Assembly (NCBI GenBank): GCA_025774935.1
Contig: JALGZK010000008.1
Span: 17,576-81,575 of the forward strand
DNA length: 64,000 nt
From: a bacterium
GTDB taxonomy: Bacteria; Joyebacterota; Joyebacteria; Joyebacterales; Joyebacteraceae
Direction: 5' to 3'
In this document: piece by piece, positions 24,374-33,023 of the stretch
Layout of the letters: each line of letters starts with the position of its first letter
Position numbering within the stretch: the stretch's first letter is position 1
Notes under the pieces: model-generated
What the model was told of the DNA's origin: nothing
Database searches by the model: none
Seen by the model: only the letters and a program-made list of their open reading frames with translations
Translations under genes and position numbers: made by a program

Positions 24374-27300
24374 CTACCCGAGACCGTACTTCTTCATCTT
24401 CGCGTGGAGGCCGGTCCTCGAGAGACCGAGGACGTCGGCCGCCGCCTGCTTGTTCCAGCCGGTCCGGGAGAGCGCTTCCAGGATGCGGCTCTTCTCGAGC
24501 GCCTCGACCTCGTTCTTGAGCGAGCGGCGGTGCGGCTCTTCGTCGCCCAGGGTGATCTCATAGCGGTTCCGGAGCTCCGGGCTGATCTTGTCGATCCCGA
24601 TCATCTCCCCGTCGGCGGCCAGCGCGACGCCGCGCCGCACTTCGTTCTCGAGCTCCCTCACGTTGTTCCCGCGCCAGTCGTACCGCTGGAAGATCTCGCG
24701 GACCTCGCGGCTGAACCCGGGGATGTGCTTCCCCTCGCGCTTCGCGTAGAGCTCGCGGAAGTGCTCCATGAGGACCGGGACGTCGTCCGGGCGGTCGCGG
24801 AGAGGCGGCACCTGGATCACGACCGCGCAGAGGCGGTAGAAGAGGTCGCGCCTGAACCGCCCGGCCTTGACCTCCTCCGCCAGGTCCTTGTTGCTCGCGG
24901 AGATGACGCGCGCGTCGCTCGTCCTCGTGACGCTCTCCCCCACCCGGCGGTACTCGCCGTTCTGGAGGAACCGGAGGAGCTTCACCTGGAGCTGCTGGCT
25001 CATCTCGCCGATCTCGTCGAGGAAGAGCGTTCCGCCGGCCGCGGCCTGCACGAGGCCCTCGCGGTCGCGGTCCGCGTCGGTGAACGCGCCCTTCACATGA
25101 CCGAAGAGCTCGCTCTCCTGCAGGTTCGGAGGGATCGCACCCGCGTTCAGCGCGACGAACTTCCCCGTCCGGCTGCGGCCGTCGACGTGGACGGCGCGCG
25201 CGATGAGTTCCTTACCGGTCCCGGACTCGCCGCGGATGACGATCGGGACGTGGCTGTCCTTTAGGCGGTCGATGCTCGAGAGGATGCGCAGCATCTCCGC
25301 GTCGCGGGTGATGAGGCCCGCGTGGTTCGGCGAGTCGCCGAGCTCCTGTGCGAGCTCCCCGTTCTCCCTCCACGCGACCGACTCGCCGACCCTGGAGAAC
25401 GCGAGGCCGAGCATCCGCGACGCTGCGGCGACGAACTCGACGTCACTCTGCGTGAACGGCGCGGGCCGCTCGGACTTCATCCGGTCGGCGTAGAGCAGAT
25501 AAGTCGTGCCGCGCGCACCGCTGATCTCGGCGGGAATGAGGGCCACGGCGCCGACGCCCGGCGCGAAGTAGGCGTCCGCGGAGCGCGGGTCGCTCACGAT
25601 GAGCGGCCTCGTGTGTCCGCGGTTCCCGACGGTCGTGCGCACGAAGCGGGTGACCTCGGCCACCCCGCGTCCCGTGCGGTCGACCGACGTGGCGACGGCG
25701 GGACCGGTCTCCTCCGTGAGCGAGTAGAGGACCAGGCGGTTGGCCGGGACCGACGCCGCGATCTCGTTCGCGAACTCGTTCAGGTCCTCCGGCTTCGGCT
25801 CGGTCGTCTCGAGGAACCGGTACCCCTCGGCGATCGTGGAGTAGCGTCCCTGGCGCGAGACGCCGGCCTCCTCGAGCTCCGCGTCGAGCTCCTTCAGGAT
25901 GGCGTCGATCTCGGCGAGGCCCTCGCTGTCGTGGCTCACCTCCATCTTGAGGCGCGCCCGGTCGAGCCACGTCCTCGCCCGGTCGAGCTGGCCGCCACGC
26001 TGGAGTGCCTTGCCGCGCTCGAGCTCGCAGCGAGCCACCCAGTCGCCGGCGCCGATCCTCGTGAAGATGGCCTCGGCGGCGGAGAACCGCGCCTCGATCC
26101 TGTCCACGGGGAGGTCGCCCGGAGGCGACGAGTCGCGCATGCCGACGGCGTCGGCGAACGCGGTCTTGGCGGTCTGGAACGACTCGCCGGTCCTGCGAAG
26201 CATGTCCTCGGCGCGGTTCACGAGGACCTCGGCGGCGGTCCGCTCGCCCTTGGCGTAGCAGATGCTCGCGAGGACCCTCAGGAACGCCCCCTCCTCGAGC
26301 CTGTCGCCCAGCTCGCGGGAGAGCTTCACGCCGTCCGAGCAGTCGCGCTCGGCGTCCTCGATCCTGCCGAGCGTGAGGAGCGCCTCGGCGCGCCTCCGGA
26401 GGACCTCCCCGACGACGTCGCCGTTCGAGGCGAGGCGGTACGCGCAGCCGAGCGCCCTGTCCAGCGTCGCGAGAGCCTGCTCGTACTCGCCCTGGTCCAT
26501 CTCCAGCTCGCCGATGTACTCGAGCGCGAGCGCCTCAGCCCTGAGATACCCCTTCTCCCTCGCCACGCGGAGCGCGTTCTCGAAGAGCTCGCGCGCCCGG
26601 CCCGTTTCGCGGCGTACGCGGTACACGTTCCCGAGCGCGGTCTTCGCGGCGACGAGTCCTCGGACGGCGCCGATCCGCGAGTACGTCTCCTTGGCCTCGG
26701 TGAGCATCTCCTCCGCTTCCGCCCATCGAGACAGGCGGTAGAGCGTGATGCCCACGTTCGTCAGGCGATCGGCGATCGCCATCGAACGCCCCTGCTTCCG
26801 GTCGAGCTCGAGCGCGCTCTCGAGGTACTCGAGGGCGCCGTTCAGGTCGCCGGTACGCTTGGCGAGAATGCCGAGGTTGTTGTAGGCCGCAGCGAGGCCT
26901 GACTCGCTCGCGAGCCTCTTCTGGGAGACGAGATAGTCGGTGAAGTAGTCCCTGGCGGCCTCGGTGTTCCCGATCTCGGCGTTCGCGATGCCGAGCATCT
27001 TGCCTGCCTCAGCCAGAAGATGGCTGTCGGGACTGGTCCTGAGTGCGTCGTACGCCTTCTGAGCCGCGCGCAGCGCTTCTTCGTAGCGCCCGCTCTCGAT
27101 CTCGATCCTCGCGAGGACGACGTTCGCCTCGGCCCACGACGTCGCTTCCTCGTCCTCGAGCTCCAGATCGTCGAGCTTCGCGCAGTGTGCTCTCGCCTTG
27201 ACGTAGTTGCCGAGCCCCAGGTGGCACTTCGCGATCCGGACGCAGAGCCCCGCTACCTCGTCGTCGGAGAGCGTGGAACCCAGCTCTTCGCCGGCGGCGC

Positions 27301-27466
27301 GGCTGAAGTACCCGAGCGCGTCCGTGTAGCTGTCGGACTCGAGATAGACGTCGCCGAGTCGGATCGCGGTCAGCGCGGCTTCCCGCGCGCTCCGCGACTC
27401 CATTGCTCGGCGAAACGCCTCGAGCATCTCGCGTTCGGGCTTATCGTCCGGTCGTCGTTCAGCCAC
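24374..27466 (-). CDS. TPR-repeat / GAF / sigma-54-interaction-domain transcriptional activator
   Basis: 1030 aa. The ~500-aa N-terminus is TPR-like repeats, followed by a GAF-like segment. The AAA+ domain has GESGTGKELIA, a variant GAFTDA loop and FLDEIGEM. The C-terminus has a Fis-type HTH (AADVLGLSRTGLHAKMKKYGL). Confidence 0.9.
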   Translation of the reverse strand: MAERRPDDKPEREMLEAFRRAMESRSAREAALTAIRLGDVYLESDSYTDALGYFSRAAGEELGSTLSDDEVAGLCVRIAKCHLGLGNYVKARAHCAKLDDLELEDEEATSWAEANVVLARIEIESGRYEEALRAAQKAYDALRTSPDSHLLAEAGKMLGIANAEIGNTEAARDYFTDYLVSQKRLASESGLAAAYNNLGILAKRTGDLNGALEYLESALELDRKQGRSMAIADRLTNVGITLYRLSRWAEAEEMLTEAKETYSRIGAVRGLVAAKTALGNVYRVRRETGRARELFENALRVAREKGYLRAEALALEYIGELEMDQGEYEQALATLDRALGCAYRLASNGDVVGEVLRRRAEALLTLGRIEDAERDCSDGVKLSRELGDRLEEGAFLRVLASICYAKGERTAAEVLVNRAEDMLRRTGESFQTAKTAFADAVGMRDSSPPGDLPVDRIEARFSAAEAIFTRIGAGDWVARCELERGKALQRGGQLDRARTWLDRARLKMEVSHDSEGLAEIDAILKELDAELEEAGVSRQGRYSTIAEGYRFLETTEPKPEDLNEFANEIAASVPANRLVLYSLTEETGPAVATSVDRTGRGVAEVTRFVRTTVGNRGHTRPLIVSDPRSADAYFAPGVGAVALIPAEISGARGTTYLLYADRMKSERPAPFTQSDVEFVAAASRMLGLAFSRVGESVAWRENGELAQELGDSPNHAGLITRDAEMLRILSSIDRLKDSHVPIVIRGESGTGKELIARAVHVDGRSRTGKFVALNAGAIPPNLQESELFGHVKGAFTDADRDREGLVQAAAGGTLFLDEIGEMSQQLQVKLLRFLQNGEYRRVGESVTRTSDARVISASNKDLAEEVKAGRFRRDLFYRLCAVVIQVPPLRDRPDDVPVLMEHFRELYAKREGKHIPGFSREVREIFQRYDWRGNNVRELENEVRRGVALAADGEMIGIDKISPELRNRYEITLGDEEPHRRSLKNEVEALEKSRILEALSRTGWNKQAAADVLGLSRTGLHAKMKKYGLG

Positions 27467-27526
27467 TTGTCGGCCTCGCGTAGCAGGGATGAAACGCTTC
27501 GGCTCCCGACGCCCCTGCGCCGGCTG

Positions 27527-27880
27527 CTAGTACAGAGTGGCGAGAATGTACTTCAGGTGCGTGAACGCGAAGCGGAGCTGCGCGTACATCGACGCGAGCC
27601 TCAGCTTCCGTCCCGTGACGTTCCCGTCTCCTTCGCCCTCGCCGTCTTCCTCGGGAGGCTCAGGGACGTCGCCTTCGTCCTCGTCGCCCCCAGGGTTGTT
27701 GTGGCCCCAGCGATCGTCGTCGCCTTCGTCACCGTCGTCCCTGAGCGCGACCTGGCCGCATGCGCCAGAGCCGTTCCAGGAATTCCGGTATGCGCTCCTC
27801 GCCGAACTCGTCGTTGCCGTCAGCAAGACCAAGCCCAGCACGAGGACCACAAGCAGAGCAAGGGTGCGCCTCTTCATCAT
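27527..27880 (-). CDS. Small secreted, highly acidic hypothetical protein
   Basis: ATGATG at 27880/27877 lies 7 nt after AGGAGG. It has the signal MMKRRTLALLVVLVLGLVLLTATTSSA, a D/E/G-rich middle and an amphipathic C-terminus LRLASMYAQLRFAFTHLKYILATLY. I recognised no family. Confidence 0.55.
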   Translation of the reverse strand: MMKRRTLALLVVLVLGLVLLTATTSSARSAYRNSWNGSGACGQVALRDDGDEGDDDRWGHNNPGGDEDEGDVPEPPEEDGEGEGDGNVTGRKLRLASMYAQLRFAFTHLKYILATLY

Positions 27881-28033
27881 CGGGGTCCCTCCTTGTGGCC
27901 TGCCCTCTCGGGTCATCCTCCACGATTCGAATCTGTGCCGCCGGGAGTTCGCGTCATAGATACTCGCCCGGCGGCGAGTGACGCTGGTACTAGGGGGGTA
28001 TCCGGTGGGAAGGCCGGGGAGCCTTCCAACGTC

Positions 28034-28062
28034 ATTCTACCATTCAGGGGCAAATCCGTCAA
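28034..28062 (-). promoter_or_regulatory. Near-consensus sigma-70 promoter (TTGACG-17-TAGAAT with TG extension)
   Basis: The minus strand reads TTGACG (28062-28057), a 17-nt spacer ending in TGG, then TAGAAT (28039-28034). It lies ~150 nt upstream of the small secreted protein and activator genes. Confidence 0.5.
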
Positions 28063-28103
28063 TATCCAACCCCGGGCGACTGAACTGCATAAATGATGCC
28101 CGG

Positions 28104-28880
28104 TCACGAACTGCCCTCCCCCATAGTACCCTTGACAAACCGCGTCATCGATTCCAGACACCGCTCGAAGATCGCGGCGCCCTTCGCGGCCGTGGCCGCC
28201 CCCGGATGCCCCTCTGCGCCGGTCCAGCCGTCTGCCGGCGGTCCCGTCCCCACACCCTCCGGATAGGCCCTGAACCGCTCTTCCTGCTCTTCCGCACCGC
28301 TCTCCGGAATCCGCTCCTTCCTCACTCGTTCGGGGAACAGATGCAGAGCGAGGGACGTTTCGACCTCGCCCGCGTGCTCTACCCCTGTCTGATGAGTGAG
28401 AAGGTCCCCCGTTTCCACCCAATATGGGAAGACGACGAAGACCTCGCAAACATTCGCTTCGAGGAGCGGGAGGGCGGCCTGCTTGATGGCCTCGTGGTGG
28501 GCGAACCCGTAGCCGTCTGTGGCGCACCCGTGTGCGGTCACGAGGAAGAACCGGCGGAACCCGTATCTCGACCAGTCGGCCAGTAGGGACCCTAGCCCCT
28601 CGCGCAGCCCGTCGAAGGAGAACCCGGCCGTGCCTGGAACGAACCGGTCGCACGGGAGGTTCACGCCGTACTCGAGGGTCGGGGCGAGCGGGATGCCGGT
28701 CTCCCTCGCGATTCCCGCTGCGAAGGCCTCGGCGATGAGCGTGTCCGTTGAGAGTGGAAGATGGGGGCCGTGCTGCTCGCAGGTCCCGATCGGCAAGATG
28801 AGGGCGTCCGAACCCTCGAGCCAGGTCCGGACCTCCTGCCACGTCATGTCGGCGAGCTTCCTCGTCCGGTCGGGCACCAC
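28104..28880 (-). CDS. Creatininase-family amidohydrolase
   Basis: 258 aa with ILPIGTCEQHGPHLPLSTD and HAGEVETS motifs typical of the creatinine amidohydrolase / MftE-like family. Confidence 0.85.
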   Translation of the reverse strand: MVPDRTRKLADMTWQEVRTWLEGSDALILPIGTCEQHGPHLPLSTDTLIAEAFAAGIARETGIPLAPTLEYGVNLPCDRFVPGTAGFSFDGLREGLGSLLADWSRYGFRRFFLVTAHGCATDGYGFAHHEAIKQAALPLLEANVCEVFVVFPYWVETGDLLTHQTGVEHAGEVETSLALHLFPERVRKERIPESGAEEQEERFRAYPEGVGTGPPADGWTGAEGHPGAATAAKGAAIFERCLESMTRFVKGTMGEGSS

Positions 28881-28900
28881 TCCCCCTAAGTCGCGTCCCG

Positions 28901-29365
28901 TCAGAGCAGGAAGTCGTCCATGTCATCGTCGGCCGGCGGCCGCTCGACGACCGGGCGCTCCTCTTCTTCTGACCCGCGAGGAGCGCGTGGGGTTGGTTTC
29001 CGCGAGGAAGGTGCGGGTGGCCCGGAGGCGGTCCCCGGGCGCCGCGAGGCTCCGGATGCCCTCGGCGGCATCTCCCGGGGCGTCACCACGAGCCCCGTCC
29101 AACGCGCGGTCAGGTCGAGGAGCTCCCGGACCGACGGGTCTTCCGTCTCCCAGTTCGCCTGGTAGTAGACCCAGCGGCCCTCCCTCTCCTCGACGGCGAG
29201 CCCGGCCTCGCGGAGCCTCCTCAGATGGTAGGAGACCTGCGGCTGCGAGAGCCCCAGCTGGGAGACGATCTCGGTGACGTTGCGCCGCCCGCCGAGAAGC
29301 ACGACGAAGACCTGGAGGCGAGTCGGATCTCCGAGTTCGCGGAAGGCCTCGATCGCCTGCGTCAT
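28901..29365 (-). CDS. ArsR-family transcriptional regulator with long Pro/Arg-rich, acidic-ended C-terminal tail
   Basis: I trimmed the start to ATG 29365. The wHTH core reads LGDPTRLQVFVVLLGGRRNVTEIVSQLGLSQPQVSYHLRRLREAGL. The tail ends in DDDMDDFLL. Confidence 0.8.
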   Translation of the reverse strand: MTQAIEAFRELGDPTRLQVFVVLLGGRRNVTEIVSQLGLSQPQVSYHLRRLREAGLAVEEREGRWVYYQANWETEDPSVRELLDLTARWTGLVVTPREMPPRASGASRRPGTASGPPAPSSRKPTPRAPRGSEEEERPVVERPPADDDMDDFLL

Positions 29366-29610
29366 GGTAGCGGTCCCGTCACGCGCGGCTCCCGGAGGTT
29401 CGATGGAGGGCCATTCTCCGAAGTTCGTTCGGTGGAGGGCCGTCCGAAAGAAGGTCCTTCGAACCACGACCCCTCACCCACCGACAGTGCTAGCACCGCG
29501 CCCTCCCGCAGTCAAGCCCGGAGGCTCGCGGAACGCGTCTTCCTCCGAGCGGTCCGACCGGCTACAATGGAACCGGACGCTCCGACGTCGTTCAGGATGG
29601 GAGAGCACGC

Positions 29611-30681
29611 GTGACGAAGCCTGCGAAGGACGCGCGACGCGACGGGCCGATCGATCTGCGGGGACTCACCCTCGACGAGATCGAAAAGGTCCTCGCGAAG
29701 CTCGGCGAGCCGAGGTACCGCGCCGACCAGGTGGCGGCGTGGGTCTTCCAGCGTGGCGTTCGGACGTTCGACGAGATGACCGACCTCCCGCTGACGCTCA
29801 GGGAGAAGCTCGCAGGGGACTTCAAGCTCGCCGGAGCGGAGGTCGTGCGCCGGGAGTCGTCCGCGATCGACGGCACCGAGAAGTTCCTGCTCGAGTACGG
29901 CGACGGCTCGGCCGTCGAGGCCGTCATCCTCAGGGACTCGGGCCGGACGACCGGGTGCATCTCGACCCAGATCGGGTGCCGATTCGGATGCAGCTTCTGC
30001 GCGACGGGCGCGATGGGGTTCGTCAGGAACCTGACCGCCGGAGAGATCGTCGAGCAGATCCTCGCCCTGCGGCGCAGCGTCGACCCCGAACGCGTGTCGA
30101 ACCTCGTGTTCATGGGCATGGGCGAGCCGCTCGACAACTACGACGAGACCCTGAAGGCGATCCGGATCGCCAACGCGCCGTGGGGGCTCGGGATCGGCGC
30201 GCGGAAGATGACCGTCTCGACGGCGGGGATCGTCCCCGGCATCCGCAGGCTGGCCCAGGAGGACCTCCAGCTCAACCTCGCGGTCTCCCTCAACTCCCCG
30301 AAGCAGCGCCTCCGCTCCCAGATCATGCCGATCGCCGAACGGTACTCCCTGAACGAGCTCATGGACGCCCTCGGCGACTACGCGCGCACCACGGGACGGC
30401 ACGTAACCCTCGAATACCTGCTCCTCAAGGACATCAACGATTCCCCCGAAATGGCCGGGATGCTGGCGGACCTTGCCCGCAAACTGCCTTGCAAGGTCAA
30501 CCTCATCTGCTATAATGAGACTGAGAAGTCAGCGTACGCACCCCCCTCTGATAAGACAGTTGAGCGGTTCCTCGCGCTCCTGAGGACTCGTTGCCCGACG
30601 GTGGTGAGGAGAGTCAGCCGCGGCAGCGACATCGCCGCCGGCTGCGGCCAGTTGGCCGTGCCGAAGAAGAGGTCGCGGTAG
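29611..30681 (+). CDS. rlmN: 23S rRNA/tRNA adenine-C2 methyltransferase RlmN (radical SAM)
   Basis: GTG start. It has the N-terminal RYRADQVAAWVF block, a CxxxCxxC motif (GCRFGCSFCATG) and the C-terminal GSDIAAGCGQL. Confidence 0.92.
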   Translation: MTKPAKDARRDGPIDLRGLTLDEIEKVLAKLGEPRYRADQVAAWVFQRGVRTFDEMTDLPLTLREKLAGDFKLAGAEVVRRESSAIDGTEKFLLEYGDGSAVEAVILRDSGRTTGCISTQIGCRFGCSFCATGAMGFVRNLTAGEIVEQILALRRSVDPERVSNLVFMGMGEPLDNYDETLKAIRIANAPWGLGIGARKMTVSTAGIVPGIRRLAQEDLQLNLAVSLNSPKQRLRSQIMPIAERYSLNELMDALGDYARTTGRHVTLEYLLLKDINDSPEMAGMLADLARKLPCKVNLICYNETEKSAYAPPSDKTVERFLALLRTRCPTVVRRVSRGSDIAAGCGQLAVPKKRSR

Positions 30682-30773
30682 GCGACCGTGAGGCGCGGAA
30701 GGCCGCGGGATCCGGCAGCGATCGAGAGCGACCGCGCGGGGGATGCTCAGTCCATCGATTGGCAGCAGGGGTT

Positions 30774-31568
30774 ATGGTCCTAACGAAATCAGCAGTCGTC
30801 ACCGCAACGGCAGTGATCCTCGCAGTTTCGGCAACGTGTCTTCTCGCGGAAGAGCCTCCCGTCAGCCAGGACGACATATTCTCGGACCTCTCGGCGTTCG
30901 TCGAGAAGGTGGAGGGCGCGCTCCCCGCCGGGTGGCACGTCGTAGAGACCGACACGGGCGGGACGCCGATCGGCTGGACGGGAGAGAGCGCGGGGTTCTA
31001 CGTGATGGTCGAGGACACCGCGACGCGGTTCTTCCACCCGAAGGGCTTCCACTATTTCTCGTTCTACCGTCTCTGGCTCATGCCGTCGGACTGGGAGGGC
31101 GAGATGAGGCGCACGCCGTACGTCTCCGATTCGAGCCCCGCCTACCTGCTCGGAGTCAGCGACAGCTTCCTCGCGCTCTACCACTCGGCCGGCGGAAACG
31201 TATGGGAGGACGGGCCGGGAGAGCTCTGCGAGGCGCTCGAACTCGACAGGATCTGCTACACCGACCTCACGAGACGGACCGTCGACCTCGAGATCGAGGA
31301 GAAGCTCAAGCAGAAGCTCGACGAACTCCCGGACGCATCCACGTCGATCTCCCCGCGCCGCATCATCGGCCTCACGGGTGACGGTGCGAACCTCTACATA
31401 GAGTACCTCTTCTCACCCGACGACGAGCGCACGCCCGGGGAGCAGCTCGCGGCTCTGACCGACGCGCTCGCTGGGGACGTCTTTCTGTCGCTCCCCGAGA
31501 TCGAGTCCCTCTATCTTCGGCGTTGCACGGCCGACACTTACACTGATACCATCGTCCATCGGAACTAG
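30774..31568 (+). CDS. Secreted hypothetical protein
   Basis: I trimmed the start to ATG 30774, giving the signal-like MVLTKSAVVTATAVILAVSATCLLA. GC3-rich codon usage is consistent with coding. I recognised no family. Confidence 0.55.
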   Translation: MVLTKSAVVTATAVILAVSATCLLAEEPPVSQDDIFSDLSAFVEKVEGALPAGWHVVETDTGGTPIGWTGESAGFYVMVEDTATRFFHPKGFHYFSFYRLWLMPSDWEGEMRRTPYVSDSSPAYLLGVSDSFLALYHSAGGNVWEDGPGELCEALELDRICYTDLTRRTVDLEIEEKLKQKLDELPDASTSISPRRIIGLTGDGANLYIEYLFSPDDERTPGEQLAALTDALAGDVFLSLPEIESLYLRRCTADTYTDTIVHRN

Positions 31569-31664
31569 GCGAAACCCGTCTCCCCTTCCCGGTCGTCCTA
31601 TTGGTGAGCTCTGCAACTGCGAGCGTCGCCGACGGCCGCTTCCTGCTGCTTGCGGAGGGTTTCC

Positions 31665-32855
31665 ATGTCTGCCCGGAGAGTCGCGCTTCTCGTCCTGATC
31701 GTCGTCACTGCAGCCTCCACCCACGTGTTCGCGCACGAGATCCCAGACGCGTTCCTCGAGGTCGACGCGTCCGACTTCACGAGCTTCTGCCTGGACGACG
31801 GGGGATGTATCGGCCCCGCCGGCAGGTACTACTACAACCGCGTCGACGGGATAAACTTCTACCTCGGCCTCCGCTACCGGTCCGACATGCACCTCCACCC
31901 CCGGGTCCTCGCGCTCTGGGGCTGGCCGTCGGCGCGGAGCGGCAGCATGTACCAGCTCGAGTTCGAGCAGCCCCTCATCGACCAGAACAGCCTGTCGTTC
32001 GGGGTCGGCTTCTACGACAAGACCAACACGTCGCGGCAGGACGCGGAGCGGGTCCAGGACCTCGACAACAACCTCCGCGCCATGTTCGCCCGCCGCGACC
32101 TTCGCGACTACTTCACGTCGGAGGGCGGGAACTTCTTCGTGAACTACGTCGTGACGCCCCAGCTCAGGTTCCGTCTCGAGTTCAAGAGCGAGAACCTCTC
32201 GTCGCTCGACACGGCGCAGAGCGTCTGGTCGCTCTTCCGGAACGACGAGGACTGGCGCGAGAACCCGCCTCTCACGGTGGGCATCGAGAACGGGCAGCGC
32301 GAGTTCGAGGGCAAGATGAAGAGCTGGGTCGGGTCGTTCGAGTACGACACGCGGGACGAGTTCGAGTACTCGGGGTGGCGCCTCCGCGGGTACTACACGT
32401 ACTCCGGCGAGAGGTCGGGCGGGGACTACGACTTCCGGAGGATCGACTTCGACGTCATGCCTTACTGGCGCATCACCGAGACCCAGACCCTGACGCTCAA
32501 GGCGTGGTGGGGACTCGGCAGCGGCACCGACTACCCGTCGCAGGAGATGTTCTACCTCGGCGGCATGGAGAACATGGCCGGATACGGTGACAAGGAGTTC
32601 TCCGGCAAGAACGTGTTCTGGGGTAGAGTCGAGTACGGCGTGCACGTCTGGGAGGAGTTCGAGGTCATCTACTACGGTGATCTCGGCGAAGCGTGGAACG
32701 GATCGACGGGTTTCGACTCGAGCGAGATCCTGTACGATCTCGGTATCGGGTTCAGGTGGGATTTCCCGGGACTCGGCGACTTCAGGATCGACGCGGCGCA
32801 CGCGCTCGAGGACGGGCGCGACCTCCAGGTCGACTTCAGGCTGTACGTCTACTAG
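31665..32855 (+). CDS. Omp85/BamA-family (surface antigen D15) outer-membrane beta-barrel without obvious POTRA repeats
   Basis: ATG at 31665 follows GGAGGG. It has a signal peptide and barrel motifs: YNRVDGINF, FYLGGMENMAGYG and DLGIGFRWDFPGLGDFRIDAA. Confidence 0.7.
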   Translation: MSARRVALLVLIVVTAASTHVFAHEIPDAFLEVDASDFTSFCLDDGGCIGPAGRYYYNRVDGINFYLGLRYRSDMHLHPRVLALWGWPSARSGSMYQLEFEQPLIDQNSLSFGVGFYDKTNTSRQDAERVQDLDNNLRAMFARRDLRDYFTSEGGNFFVNYVVTPQLRFRLEFKSENLSSLDTAQSVWSLFRNDEDWRENPPLTVGIENGQREFEGKMKSWVGSFEYDTRDEFEYSGWRLRGYYTYSGERSGGDYDFRRIDFDVMPYWRITETQTLTLKAWWGLGSGTDYPSQEMFYLGGMENMAGYGDKEFSGKNVFWGRVEYGVHVWEEFEVIYYGDLGEAWNGSTGFDSSEILYDLGIGFRWDFPGLGDFRIDAAHALEDGRDLQVDFRLYVY

Positions 32856-33023
32856 CTGAGGCGCCGACGAGGCGCGGAGAAACACATACATCCAGAGATG
32901 GCCGTCAGAGAACGGTCCCGTCGCGCGGGCGGACCGCGTCCCCTCTCGTGGGGATGCGTTCGTCCGCGTGAGTGTAGGAGGGGTCGCCCGGACGGTCGAC
33001 GGAAGGCAAAGGGGGCAGGTCTC

